DNA from: Thermoproteus tenax Kra 1
GTDB lineage: Archaea > Thermoproteota > Thermoprotei > Thermoproteales > Thermoproteaceae
NCBI RefSeq assembly: GCF_000253055.1
Contig: NC_016070.1
Span: 1,080,001 to 1,112,000, forward strand
Length of the DNA: 32,000 nucleotides
Direction of reading: 5' to 3'
Both the position numbers and the translations under genes were made by a program. This document shows, piece by piece, positions 17,344 to 29,398 of this stretch; position 1 is the first letter of the stretch; the number at the start of each line of letters is the position of its first letter. Under the pieces are notes generated by a model, which saw only the letters and a program-made list of their open reading frames with translations, was not told where the DNA came from and made no database searches.

Positions 17344-18615
17344 CTAACGGACCAACGCGGGAGGGCCGGGGCCCCAACTGCGCCCCATCGCCCGCCGGCA
17401 CGGCGTCTCTGCAATTAGGCGGTAGTACCAGGAGGGGCTCTCCAACGGGAAATAGTCGGCGGTATAGTTTAGCGCGGAGAAATACTTGCAGTCCCTTACG
17501 GCGACCATGTACGGAACAGCGCCGATGCCCCGCAGGCCCCCCGCAGAGGGCGAGTCGCTCCAGTAGTTGCCCAAACGGCCGAAGTAGGCGGCCCCTCTGT
17601 ATATATAGGTCAACGGGCCGGGGGAGCTGAGCTCCACCGACGACTCGCACACCTCGATGTTGAGCCAAGTGTTGTTCACGAAGTTGTTGAGCCATAGACG
17701 GACTCGGGAGGATCGACCGATGTGGGCGCCCACTTCGTTGCCCACAAAGGAGGAGTTGAATGCCTCAACCTCCTCCGAGAAGGAGATGGAGAGTCCGTCA
17801 TATTCGTTGCCCACTGCGCTGACCCGAGAGAGGGAGACCCGGCGCGATTTAACTACCTCCACTCCGCTGTAGCCGTTGCCCTCAGCGTCGACGTCGCGGA
17901 CCCTTGCGTTATCGGCGTGTAGCAACACGAGGCCGCTCTCCGAGTTTCCGCGCGCCGAGAGCTGGGCCAGCTCAACGTTCTTGGAGCCTATAAAGACGCC
18001 GGAGCCGGCGTTTCGGTCGGCCACAACTTGAGAGACGACGACGTCGGCTGAGTCGCCCACGACTAGGCCGTCGCACTCGTTGTCCGAGACATTAAGGCGC
18101 TCGGCCAAAACGCCGAGCGCGCCGTCTATCGACACGCCGCATCCGTTGCCGTTCGCGACGACGTCCCTCAAAATTGAGCCGTTGACGAAGTACAGGCGCA
18201 CGCCCACCTCGCCGTTGTCCTCGGCCCTCACGGACTCCACGCGGATCTGCCTCGAGAGGTCGACCTCAACGCCGGCCCTGGCGTTCCGGAAAACCCAGAT
18301 GTTCAACAAGCGCGCCTCAGTTGTGTTCTCCAACAAGATCCCGTAGCTGAAGCCGGCCACTTTCACGTCTTTGACTGTGACGTTCGCCGCATTGACCACG
18401 TAGATTCCTATATAGCCCCCCGCGCCGAACAGATAGTGGCCTCCGCCGTCTAACACGACGCCGCTGGCGTTCACTACTATCGCTATATAGTCGGAGCTGT
18501 TCAAGTCTTGGGTCAAGAGATAGTAGCCGGGCTGTTGGACGACGTAGGGGACTCTGTCTATCGCGAACTGGCCAGCCGCGGCCAGAACGAGGGCTAAGGC
18601 GGCAACGGCCCACAT
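17344..18615 (-). CDS. Secreted/surface right-handed parallel beta-helix (NosD/PbH1-repeat) protein
   Basis: 423 aa; hydrophobic N-terminus; 'GVVLDGGGHYL', many tandem 'N..V.V.DV.A.GN..GV' type repeats. Confidence 0.75.
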   Translation of the reverse strand: MWAVAALALVLAAAGQFAIDRVPYVVQQPGYYLLTQDLNSSDYIAIVVNASGVVLDGGGHYLFGAGGYIGIYVVNAANVTVKDVKVAGFSYGILLENTTEARLLNIWVFRNARAGVEVDLSRQIRVESVRAEDNGEVGVRLYFVNGSILRDVVANGNGCGVSIDGALGVLAERLNVSDNECDGLVVGDSADVVVSQVVADRNAGSGVFIGSKNVELAQLSARGNSESGLVLLHADNARVRDVDAEGNGYSGVEVVKSRRVSLSRVSAVGNEYDGLSISFSEEVEAFNSSFVGNEVGAHIGRSSRVRLWLNNFVNNTWLNIEVCESSVELSSPGPLTYIYRGAAYFGRLGNYWSDSPSAGGLRGIGAVPYMVAVRDCKYFSALNYTADYFPLESPSWYYRLIAETPCRRAMGRSWGPGPPALVR

Positions 18616-18627
18616 ATATTTCTCCGG

Positions 18628-18643
18628 CTAAAAAGCTTTTTAG
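18628..18643. promoter_or_regulatory. Perfect palindrome CTAAAAAGCTTTTTAG in a divergent promoter
   Basis: Self-complementary 16-mer between the start codons of 17344-18615 (-) and 18664-19569 (+), at TATA-box distance from both. Confidence 0.6.
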
Positions 18644-18663
18644 TCTGTGCCCCGCCTCCCTCA

Positions 18664-19569
18664 GTGAAGGTCTACGTCTCTGCCAGATTGCCCGAGGAGG
18701 CGCTCGACCTCCTGCGGAGACACGCCGAAGTTGTGGGGGCCGAGGGGATGGCCGAGGCTGAGGCGGCCATCGTCTTCAATATAACTAGGGAGGAGCTGGC
18801 GAGGATGCCCAAACTGAAGTTCATACAAGTGGTCACGGCCGGGCTCGACCATCTGCCCTGGCAGGATATACCTCCCCACGTGCTTGTGGCGGGGAACGCT
18901 GGGGCGAACGCAGACGCCGTGGCCGAATTCGCCGTAGCGATGGCGTTGGCCTCGCTCAAGAGGATAGTCTTCTACGACAGAAGGATGAAGGCCGGCGACT
19001 ACGGAAGATCGAGGCCCGTCCCGATGCTCCGCGGCAGAAAGGCCGCAGTGCTTGGGCTGGGGGAGATAGGGCAGAGGACGGCGAGGATCTTGGCCCAGCT
19101 CGGCGCAGAGGTGTGGGGCTTCTCCAGGAGGATGCGCGAAGGCCCGTGGCGTTTCACAGACAGCTTGGAGGAGGCGCTGAGGGGCGCCCTAGTGGCTGTG
19201 TGCGCCCTGCCCCTCAACAGACACACGAGGGGCCTCGTGAGGTACGAACATCTGGCCTCCATGGACCCGGAGGGAGTCTTTGTGAACGTGGGCAGAGCCG
19301 AGGTAGTGGACAGAGAGGCTGCGCTGAGGATACTCAAGGAGAGGCCCGGCTTCACCTTCGCGAGCGACGTGTGGTGGGGCCGCAACGACTTCGCCAGAGA
19401 CTCCGAGATAATCTCTCTGCCCAACGCCGTGGCCACCCCGTGGGTGGCCGGGGGGTACGGCTCCGAGGAGGTCTGGAGGAGGATGGGGCTTGAGGCCGTC
19501 GAGAACTTCCTCCGCTGGGCGCGCGGAGAGCCGCCGAGGAATATCGCCGATAGATCCGACTACGTCTGA
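18664..19569 (+). CDS. D-2-hydroxyacid dehydrogenase (NAD-binding)
   Basis: 301 aa; 'AAVLGLGEIGQRTARILAQLGAEVWGFSR' Rossmann motif, 'FVNVGRAEVVDREA', C-terminal 'TPWVAGG'. Confidence 0.85.
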   Translation: MKVYVSARLPEEALDLLRRHAEVVGAEGMAEAEAAIVFNITREELARMPKLKFIQVVTAGLDHLPWQDIPPHVLVAGNAGANADAVAEFAVAMALASLKRIVFYDRRMKAGDYGRSRPVPMLRGRKAAVLGLGEIGQRTARILAQLGAEVWGFSRRMREGPWRFTDSLEEALRGALVAVCALPLNRHTRGLVRYEHLASMDPEGVFVNVGRAEVVDREAALRILKERPGFTFASDVWWGRNDFARDSEIISLPNAVATPWVAGGYGSEEVWRRMGLEAVENFLRWARGEPPRNIADRSDYV

Positions 19570-19595
19570 ATTTATTTAGGCTCCAACTCTCCACT

Positions 19596-22722
<3,127 letters not shown>

Positions 22723-22756
22723 GCGAAGAGGCGCAGGACAGTTAAAAAGCGTAAAT

Positions 22757-23069
22757 CTATATATCCTAAATAATTCCCGGCGTTTAAAAATCGTCGTGCA
22801 ACTTGCCCTTTCTTTCTGTAAAATCGTTCAACTGCTGCGCCGTTGTACCTTTGTCAAGCGGGGATCCCGTTTAAAAAACGGCGGACAGAAGTACGGCGGA
22901 CGGCGGCGCCGACAGTAAAACACGCGCTTTCAACTGCCGGAGGCAGAAGGCCAGCTGTGGAAAAGAGACAACCCCACCCCTTAGCCAACACGAGAACACG
23001 CCAGAACTAACACAAAACCCACCAGAGAAAAACTTAAAAACAGCCAAAAGCCAAAACCCAGAAGGCCCG
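22757..23069 (+). promoter_or_regulatory. CRISPR leader of array C (~313 bp)
   Basis: Homologous to leaders A and B from CTATATATCCTAAATAATTC through GAAAAACTTAAAAACAGCC to AGAAGGCCCG at repeat 1. Confidence 0.88.
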
Positions 23070-24118
23070 GAATCTCAAAGAGAGGATTGAAAGTCAAATT
23101 CACAATCAACTTTCTACTGAACTTCCCGTCATGGAGAATCTCAAAGAGAGGATTGAAAGGCGCGCTGTATACAGCGCGCCTTTCGCGGCAGATATCGCCC
23201 TCAGCGAATCTCAAAGAGAGGATTGAAAGCTTCGTCGAGAAGTCCTCGACGCTCAGAGACATATTCTACAACAAGAATCTCAAAGAGAGGATTGAAAGCT
23301 TCTTACTTCCTCAAGTCTCCTGGCTATCTCCTGAATTTTTTCGAATCTCAAAGAGAGGATTGAAAGAGGCTACGCGATGTGCTAATTCAGTTGCGCGACG
23401 TGGCCGACTCGAATCTCAAAGAGAGGATTGAAAGTCGACGACGATGAAGTCCGGATTGCTCGCGCTTATCAGCCTGAACGAATCTCAAAGAGAGGATTGA
23501 AAGGTAGATCTCGACTGCCACCGCCGGCTTGGCGCCGCGCCACGTGTAAATTGAATCTCAAAGAGAGGATTGAAAGGGATAGACACGGCGGAAGCAATAT
23601 GGACATCTGATCTCATCGAGAATCTCAAAGAGAGGATTGAAAGCTTTTATACATCTTTCTTTTTCGGCTATGTGCGACAACTGAATCTCAAAGAGAGGAT
23701 TGAAAGTCTAGCTCAACTACCTTTTCGCCCATGTCCAAAGGCCCAGACCTGAATCTCAAAGAGAGGATTGAAAGAACAATAATGATATCGTGTGCAAAGA
23801 TAGACAAAAGCGGCGAATCTCAAAGAGAGGATTGAAAGCTTGGGCGTTGGAGCGGACAGAGCCCGCGCGCTCTTGAGGGAGAGGGAATCTCAAAGAGAGG
23901 ATTGAAAGCTTCCTCACTGCGCACTCTCTCGTACTTGCACAGTTTGGCGAATCTCAAAGAGAGGATTGAAAGACCGCCAGCTTGAGCATGTGCGTAGTCC
24001 CGCCGGTCTCCCACGGAATCTCAAAGAGAGGATTGAAAGTCTGGTGGAACCATAAACGGCAAAACCAATTCATCGTCCCAGACTTTGATTTTGTGAATCT
24101 CAAAGAGAGGATTGAAAG
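23070..24118 (+). CRISPR. CRISPR array C: 16 repeats of GAATCTCAAAGAGAGGATTGAAAG, 15 spacers of ~39-55 nt
   Basis: Direct counting from 23070..23093 to 24095..24118. Confidence 0.99.
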
Positions 24119-24212
24119 TCCATTGGCGCTTAGCCGGCCTTTGAAGCGCTCTCCGCCTACACTTTAATCGATGGGCGGGGGCCTCGCCGGCAGGCATGCC
24201 CCCGGTACCGCA

Positions 24213-25331
24213 TTACTTGGCTCTGACAGTTTCTGGCAGTTGGGTGGCCGATAGAAGGACTATCGTAGAGGATATTAGGGCGGTCAACGAGAGATCTCTC
24301 TCTAGGCCGAAAGGCAGCAGCAGGGCTAACGTGACTCCGAAGCCCCCTCCCAACAATCTGCCTAGAAATAACGTTATATTGGTCCCCGTGGCTTTGAAGT
24401 TGGCGGGGTAGACCTCGCTCATCCAGACCCCAAAGTAGGCGAAGAAGGAGGAGCCGAACATTAGGAGTATGAAAGATGTTGCCACCAAGTTGGGGTTATT
24501 TACGCCGAAGAGGAAGAGCAGCGAGGCCAAAACGCTTATCCCGGCGAACACATAGCTCGCCCTCTTCCTCCCGATTCTGTCGGAAATGCTGCCCGCGGCT
24601 GTGAATCCAATCATCCCTATTATAAAGCCGGCCAAGATAACGGCGTAGGCGTTGAGCCCTAGGGCTGTGAAAAGCGTAAAGCCCAGAGAGACCAGGGGCA
24701 CCAACAGGAGGAAGGCCCCTATCGAGAACAGCGATCCGAACACAGTGGCTTTGGCCAAATCCCTGGATACCTTAAAGCTGAACTTCGCCCTCCATTTAGA
24801 CTCCGGTATAAGGAACCACAACGGTATACTTATTGCCGACAACGAGAAGATCGTTACGTAGTACAAGGAAATCGACTCCCTCGCGGCAAAGGATATCAGA
24901 GACCCCATTATTGCGCCGAGGAAATAAAGCCCCTGCATTATGCTCCCGACAAGCCCTCTGACGTTCGGCGGAGACAGCTCGGCCGCATATACGTAGCTGA
25001 TCCCGTTGACCGCATTAACGCCGAAACCTATTAAAAACCAGATAATATAAAACACCACAATATTGTTTACAATTATATTTCCTATGAGGGGGAAGACAAA
25101 TAGTAATATTGAAATTAATAGCGAGAGCCTTCTACCTTTGGCATCGCCGAAAATTCCCATCAGAAGTCCGCCTATGGCGCCGCCTATCCAGCTTAAGGGG
25201 ATCGCAAACGACGCAAGGCCTCCGAACTTGGCGATAAATTTCGGCAATACGAAACTAATGGAATAGACCGCCAGAGCAGAGAACAAGAAGATCGTCAGCA
25301 GAGCCGCCAAAGCCGCCTTGTAGTTGGCCAT
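24213..25331 (-). CDS. Major facilitator superfamily transporter
   Basis: 372 aa polytopic protein; 'GGLLMGIFGDAKGRRLSLL' and 'GSISDRIGRKRASYV' MFS loop motifs. Confidence 0.85.
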   Translation of the reverse strand: MANYKAALAALLTIFLFSALAVYSISFVLPKFIAKFGGLASFAIPLSWIGGAIGGLLMGIFGDAKGRRLSLLISILLFVFPLIGNIIVNNIVVFYIIWFLIGFGVNAVNGISYVYAAELSPPNVRGLVGSIMQGLYFLGAIMGSLISFAARESISLYYVTIFSLSAISIPLWFLIPESKWRAKFSFKVSRDLAKATVFGSLFSIGAFLLLVPLVSLGFTLFTALGLNAYAVILAGFIIGMIGFTAAGSISDRIGRKRASYVFAGISVLASLLFLFGVNNPNLVATSFILLMFGSSFFAYFGVWMSEVYPANFKATGTNITLFLGRLLGGGFGVTLALLLPFGLERDLSLTALISSTIVLLSATQLPETVRAK

Positions 25332-25410
25332 GTTTTAACGATCTCCGGCGGATAAAAAGCTTGAGGGGGCGAGGGGCGGAATATCTATATGGCAGTTCGA
25401 GCGCAGTGTC

Positions 25411-26728
25411 GTGAAGGTGTTGGTGGTGGGAGGAGGGGCGGCGGGCATGAGCGCGGCGTCTAGAGTGAGGAGGCTGAGGGGCGACGCCGAGATAGTGGTC
25501 GTCGAGAGGACGCACATGGTCAGCCACGCGCCGTGCGCCATACCCTTCTATCTCGAGGGCCTCTTCGACGACGTAGGGCTCTTCATGCACTACACGCCCG
25601 ACTACTTCAGAGAGGTCAGGAGGATAGACGTGAGGCTGAACGAGGAGGTCGTAGAGGTCGGGCCGGGGTACGCTGTGACGGACAGAGGGGCCAGACTGGA
25701 GTGGGACTACTTGGTCTTGGCCACCGGCGCCTCGCCCAATATCCCCGACGTACCCATCTCCGGCGAGTCCGTGGTCGTGGTGCACCACCCCGCCGACGCC
25801 GAGCGCCTCAGGCGGATGCTCGAGGGCGCCTCCTCGGTGGGCATCGTGGGCTCCGGCTACGTGGCTCTGGAGGTGGCAGAGGCCGCGAGGGCGAGGGGCA
25901 AGGAGGTCGTCGTAGTGGGCAGATCGGCCTATCCTCTCCGGAGGGCCCTCGACGAAGAGGTGGGCCGCATGGTGGCGGAGGAGCTGGCGCGCCGCGGGGT
26001 CAGACTCGCCATGGGCGAGAGGCTCGTCGAAATAGAGGGCGGCTCCGGCGGTCAGACCATCGTGACCGAGGGGAGCAGATACAGAGTGGACTTGGTCGTG
26101 TTGGCGACCGGCATAAGGCCCAACGTGGAGCTCGCCAGACAGCTCGGGCTGAAGATCGGCGAGACTGGCGCAGTGTGGGTCGACGAACATATGAGGACGA
26201 GCTCCGAGGCGGTCTACGCCGCCGGCGACGTCGCTGAGACTCGCCATCTGATCACGGGGAGGCCCTACTGGCACCCCTTCGGCACCACGGCCAACAAGAT
26301 GGGCTACGTGGCTGGGGAGAATATAGCGGGACGCAGCGCGAAGTTCCCCGGCGTTGTCGGCACCTCTATGACAAGGTTCATGGGCCTCTATATAGCGGCC
26401 GTAGGGCTCACCGAGAGGGACGCCAGAGCGCACGGCTTCAGGCCGGCGAACGCCATGATAAAAGGCCAGAACAAAGGCCAGGTACTACCCCGGAGGCGGC
26501 GAGGTGGTAATAAAGCTTGTCGCCGATGGGGACAGCGGCAGGCTCCTCGGCGCCCAGATACTGGGCGACGACGGCTCGTACGTATTGGGCAAAGTGGACA
26601 CAGTGGCCGCGCTTTTGATGAAGGGGGCAACCGTGGAGGACCTCTTCTTCACCGACATGGCCTATCTGCCCGCCGTGACCCAAGTCTGGGATCCGTTGAT
26701 CACGGCGGCGCGGCAGCTCTTGAGGTGA
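25411..26728 (+). pseudogene. FAD-dependent pyridine nucleotide-disulfide oxidoreductase (CoA-disulfide reductase/NADH oxidase-like), frameshifted near the C-terminus
   Basis: 'VLVVGGGAAGMSAASRVRRL' FAD site, 'GIVGSGYVALEVAEAARARGKEV', 'AVYAAGDVAE'; frame continues after a ~1-nt shift near 26476-26480 as '...ARYYPGGGEVVIKLVADGDSGRLLGAQILG...ITAARQLLR'. Confidence 0.82.
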
Positions 26729-26736
26729 GCCGGCCT

Positions 26737-29397
26737 TCAGACTCTCTCTATCCTCACCCGCGCGTCCTTGTAGGCCGGCGTCTTGGTGAACGGGTTGAGC
26801 ACGGCCGGCACAACGGCGTTGATCCACAGATCGCTGTAGTGGAACGTCGTAAACAACACGCCTCTGGGCACTCTGTCCGAGGCCTTTATCTTCGCCCTCA
26901 CTTTCCCCGCGGGCGAGACCAGATAGACGACCTGCCCATCGGCGAGGCCCTCCGCCTTCATGTCCTCCGGGTTCATCTCCACCACAGGCCCTCTCGCCAT
27001 TATCCTCGTCAGAGTGGACCTCATGGTCATAGTGGCCGTGTGGTACTGGGCCCTCTCTCTGCCCGTTATCAACACGTAGGGGTAGAGCCTCTCGAGCACT
27101 ACGTCGGGCTGCTCCAGGAGATTTGTCTGAATCTGCCCTGCCCCTGGGGAAGCCGGAGGCGTAGAGTATGGGCGTTCCCTCCCCGTCCACAGGCCACTGG
27201 ACTCCGCGCTCCGCCTCTCCGGGAGAGGCGCGAATATGGGCGCCAGGCGCGAGAGCTCCGCTATTATCTCTGCGGGGCTCGAGAAGCCCATATCGTAGCC
27301 CAGCCTTTTGGCCAACTCTATGAATATCTGCCAGTCCGGCCGGGCGTCCCCGGGCGGCTCCACGACCTTGTGCGTGGCCTGCACTCTGCGCTCAGTGTTG
27401 GTGAACGTGCCCTCGTCCTCCAGCGCCGAGGAGACCGCCGGGAGCACCACGTCGGCGTACTCGGCCGTCTCAGTCAGAAATATGTCCTGTACCACCAAGA
27501 ACTCCAGTCTGCTGAGGGCCTCCGCCACAGCTCTGGCGTCCGGGTGGGACCTAACGCTGTTCTCCCCCACGATGTACATCATCTTTATGACCCCCCTCCT
27601 CGCCATCTCCACCATCTCAGTGCTTCTGAAACCGACGAACTCGGGCAGTCTGCACCTCCACGCCTCTTCGAACTTCCCTCTGACAGCTGGATCGGTCAAG
27701 GGCTGGTATCCGGGCAGTCTGCCGGGGGCTGCGCCCATGTCTGCGCCGCCCTGCACGTTGTTCTGGCCCCTCAACGGCATCAGCCCCGCGCCCGGCCTCC
27801 CCACGTTGCCCGTGAGCAGAGCGAGGTTCGCCAGCGCCGAGACGTTCTCTGTGCCGTACTCGTGCTCTGTTATTCCCAACGTCCACATAATCATCGAGGG
27901 CTTCTCCAGGGCGTACAGCCGCGCCGCCTCCTTTATGGCCGAGGCGGGAACCCCAGTGACCCTCTCGGCGAACTCGAGCGTGAAGGGCTCGAGGCTCTTG
28001 GCCCACTCCTGGAAGCCCTCAGTGTACTTCTCCACGAACTCTCTGTCGTGCCACCCCATCTCCAAGATGTATCTGGCCATGGCCGAGAATAGAACTACGT
28101 CGGTCCCCGGTCTTATGTTGAGCTCCAGCTCTGCGTACCTCGAGAGCTCTGTCCTCAGCGGGTTCACCAGGATCAAGTGGGCCCCCGCCTTCGCCGCCCT
28201 TTTGACGTAGGCCGCTATGACTGGGTGGGTCTCGCCCATGTTGGAGCCGACTACTACTATAGTCCTCGCGTTCAAGACGTCCGCCACTGGGTTCGTCGCC
28301 GCCCCGTAGCCGAGCTGGAGGGCCAGAGCCCACGCAGAGGGCTCGTGGCAGAGCGTGGCCGACTGGTCTATGTTGTCGGTGCCCACGGCGCATCTCATGA
28401 GCTTCTGAAAGGCGTAGATGCTCTCGTTGGTGCTCCTGTCGCTCATAATGCCGGCGATGGCCGCAGGGCCGTACTTGGCCTTGATCTCCTTTATCTTCTC
28501 CGCCACGAGGGACAGCGCCTCCTCCCAAGTGGCCTCTCTGAAGACCTCCTCGACCCTCCTCCCGTTCAGCGGCCCCTTGGGCACGCCGGGCCTCCTTATG
28601 AGCGGCCTCCTCAGCCTCTCCGGGCTGTTGGCGTATTCGAACCCGAACTTGCCCTTGATGCAGAGCTTCCCCTCGTTGGAGCTCCCGCGCCCGCCCCTCG
28701 CCCATATTATCCTCCCGCCCTTCACTCCGTACTCCACTACGCATCCAGTGCCGCAGTAGGGGCACACCGTCTCCGCCACCTTCTCGGCGGGCTCCCAGCC
28801 CTTCTCCATGAGCGCGCCCGTGGGACAGGCGTCCACGCATGCGCCGCAGCTGACGCAGGAGGAGGCGCCGAGGGGCACACCGTCGTCGAAGGCTATGGCC
28901 GACCCGGCCCCTCTGCCGACCACCGTTATCACGTCGTTGTTCTGATCCATGGAGCAGGCTATCACGCACCTTCTGCACATGACGCACGCCGAGGGGTTGA
29001 AGACTATCGCAGGGTGCGTGTCGTCCAACGGAGCCCCCCTCACGACCGGGGCCTTCTCCAGGCCGTGCGCCTCCGCCAGAGAGCACACCTTGCACCTAGC
29101 CCTCTCCGTCTCGCTCGAGTGTGAGTGGCTCTTGACCAGCAGCCTCAGCAGAGTCCTCCGGGCCTCTAAGACCCGGGGGCTCTCCGTCTCTATCTTCATC
29201 CCCTCAGCCACCCTGGTGATACACGCGGGCGCCAGCCTCCCGTTTATCTCCACTACGCAGATCCTGCATGTGCCGTTGACGAAGCCCTCGTAGTAGCAAA
29301 GCGTCGGCACCTCGACGCCGTTCCTTCTGGCCAACTCCAACACAGTCTCGCCATCCCTCGCCTCCACCTCCCTCCCGTTGAGCACTACGCGGGGCAT
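26737..29397 (-). CDS. Molybdopterin formate dehydrogenase-like alpha subunit with N-terminal ferredoxin/NuoG-type Fe-S domains
   Basis: 886 aa; '2Fe-2S CYYEGFVNGTCRIC', 'CVMCRRCVIAC', 'CVSCGACVDACPTGAL', 'CPYCGTGC', 'ATLCHEPSAWAL' (Cys at the FdhF Sec/Cys position). Confidence 0.85.
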   Translation of the reverse strand: MPRVVLNGREVEARDGETVLELARRNGVEVPTLCYYEGFVNGTCRICVVEINGRLAPACITRVAEGMKIETESPRVLEARRTLLRLLVKSHSHSSETERARCKVCSLAEAHGLEKAPVVRGAPLDDTHPAIVFNPSACVMCRRCVIACSMDQNNDVITVVGRGAGSAIAFDDGVPLGASSCVSCGACVDACPTGALMEKGWEPAEKVAETVCPYCGTGCVVEYGVKGGRIIWARGGRGSSNEGKLCIKGKFGFEYANSPERLRRPLIRRPGVPKGPLNGRRVEEVFREATWEEALSLVAEKIKEIKAKYGPAAIAGIMSDRSTNESIYAFQKLMRCAVGTDNIDQSATLCHEPSAWALALQLGYGAATNPVADVLNARTIVVVGSNMGETHPVIAAYVKRAAKAGAHLILVNPLRTELSRYAELELNIRPGTDVVLFSAMARYILEMGWHDREFVEKYTEGFQEWAKSLEPFTLEFAERVTGVPASAIKEAARLYALEKPSMIMWTLGITEHEYGTENVSALANLALLTGNVGRPGAGLMPLRGQNNVQGGADMGAAPGRLPGYQPLTDPAVRGKFEEAWRCRLPEFVGFRSTEMVEMARRGVIKMMYIVGENSVRSHPDARAVAEALSRLEFLVVQDIFLTETAEYADVVLPAVSSALEDEGTFTNTERRVQATHKVVEPPGDARPDWQIFIELAKRLGYDMGFSSPAEIIAELSRLAPIFAPLPERRSAESSGLWTGRERPYSTPPASPGAGQIQTNLLEQPDVVLERLYPYVLITGRERAQYHTATMTMRSTLTRIMARGPVVEMNPEDMKAEGLADGQVVYLVSPAGKVRAKIKASDRVPRGVLFTTFHYSDLWINAVVPAVLNPFTKTPAYKDARVRIERV

Positions 29398-29398
29398 A

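Noticed and set aside
17143-17418. ORFs within leader B such as 17143-17418 + and 17030-17263 -
   Set aside because: The sequence is shared between three CRISPR leaders, with no consistent reading frame preserved; treated as leader DNA.
25255-26433. Long antisense ORFs (25255-26433 -, 25411-28092 + beyond 26.5 kb, 26438-27190 -, 28019-29095 -, 21080-22594 -, 9710-10216 +)
   Set aside because: They lie opposite or out of frame with clearly recognised genes and are low-complexity Arg/Gly/Pro/His-rich, as expected for shadow ORFs in high-GC DNA.
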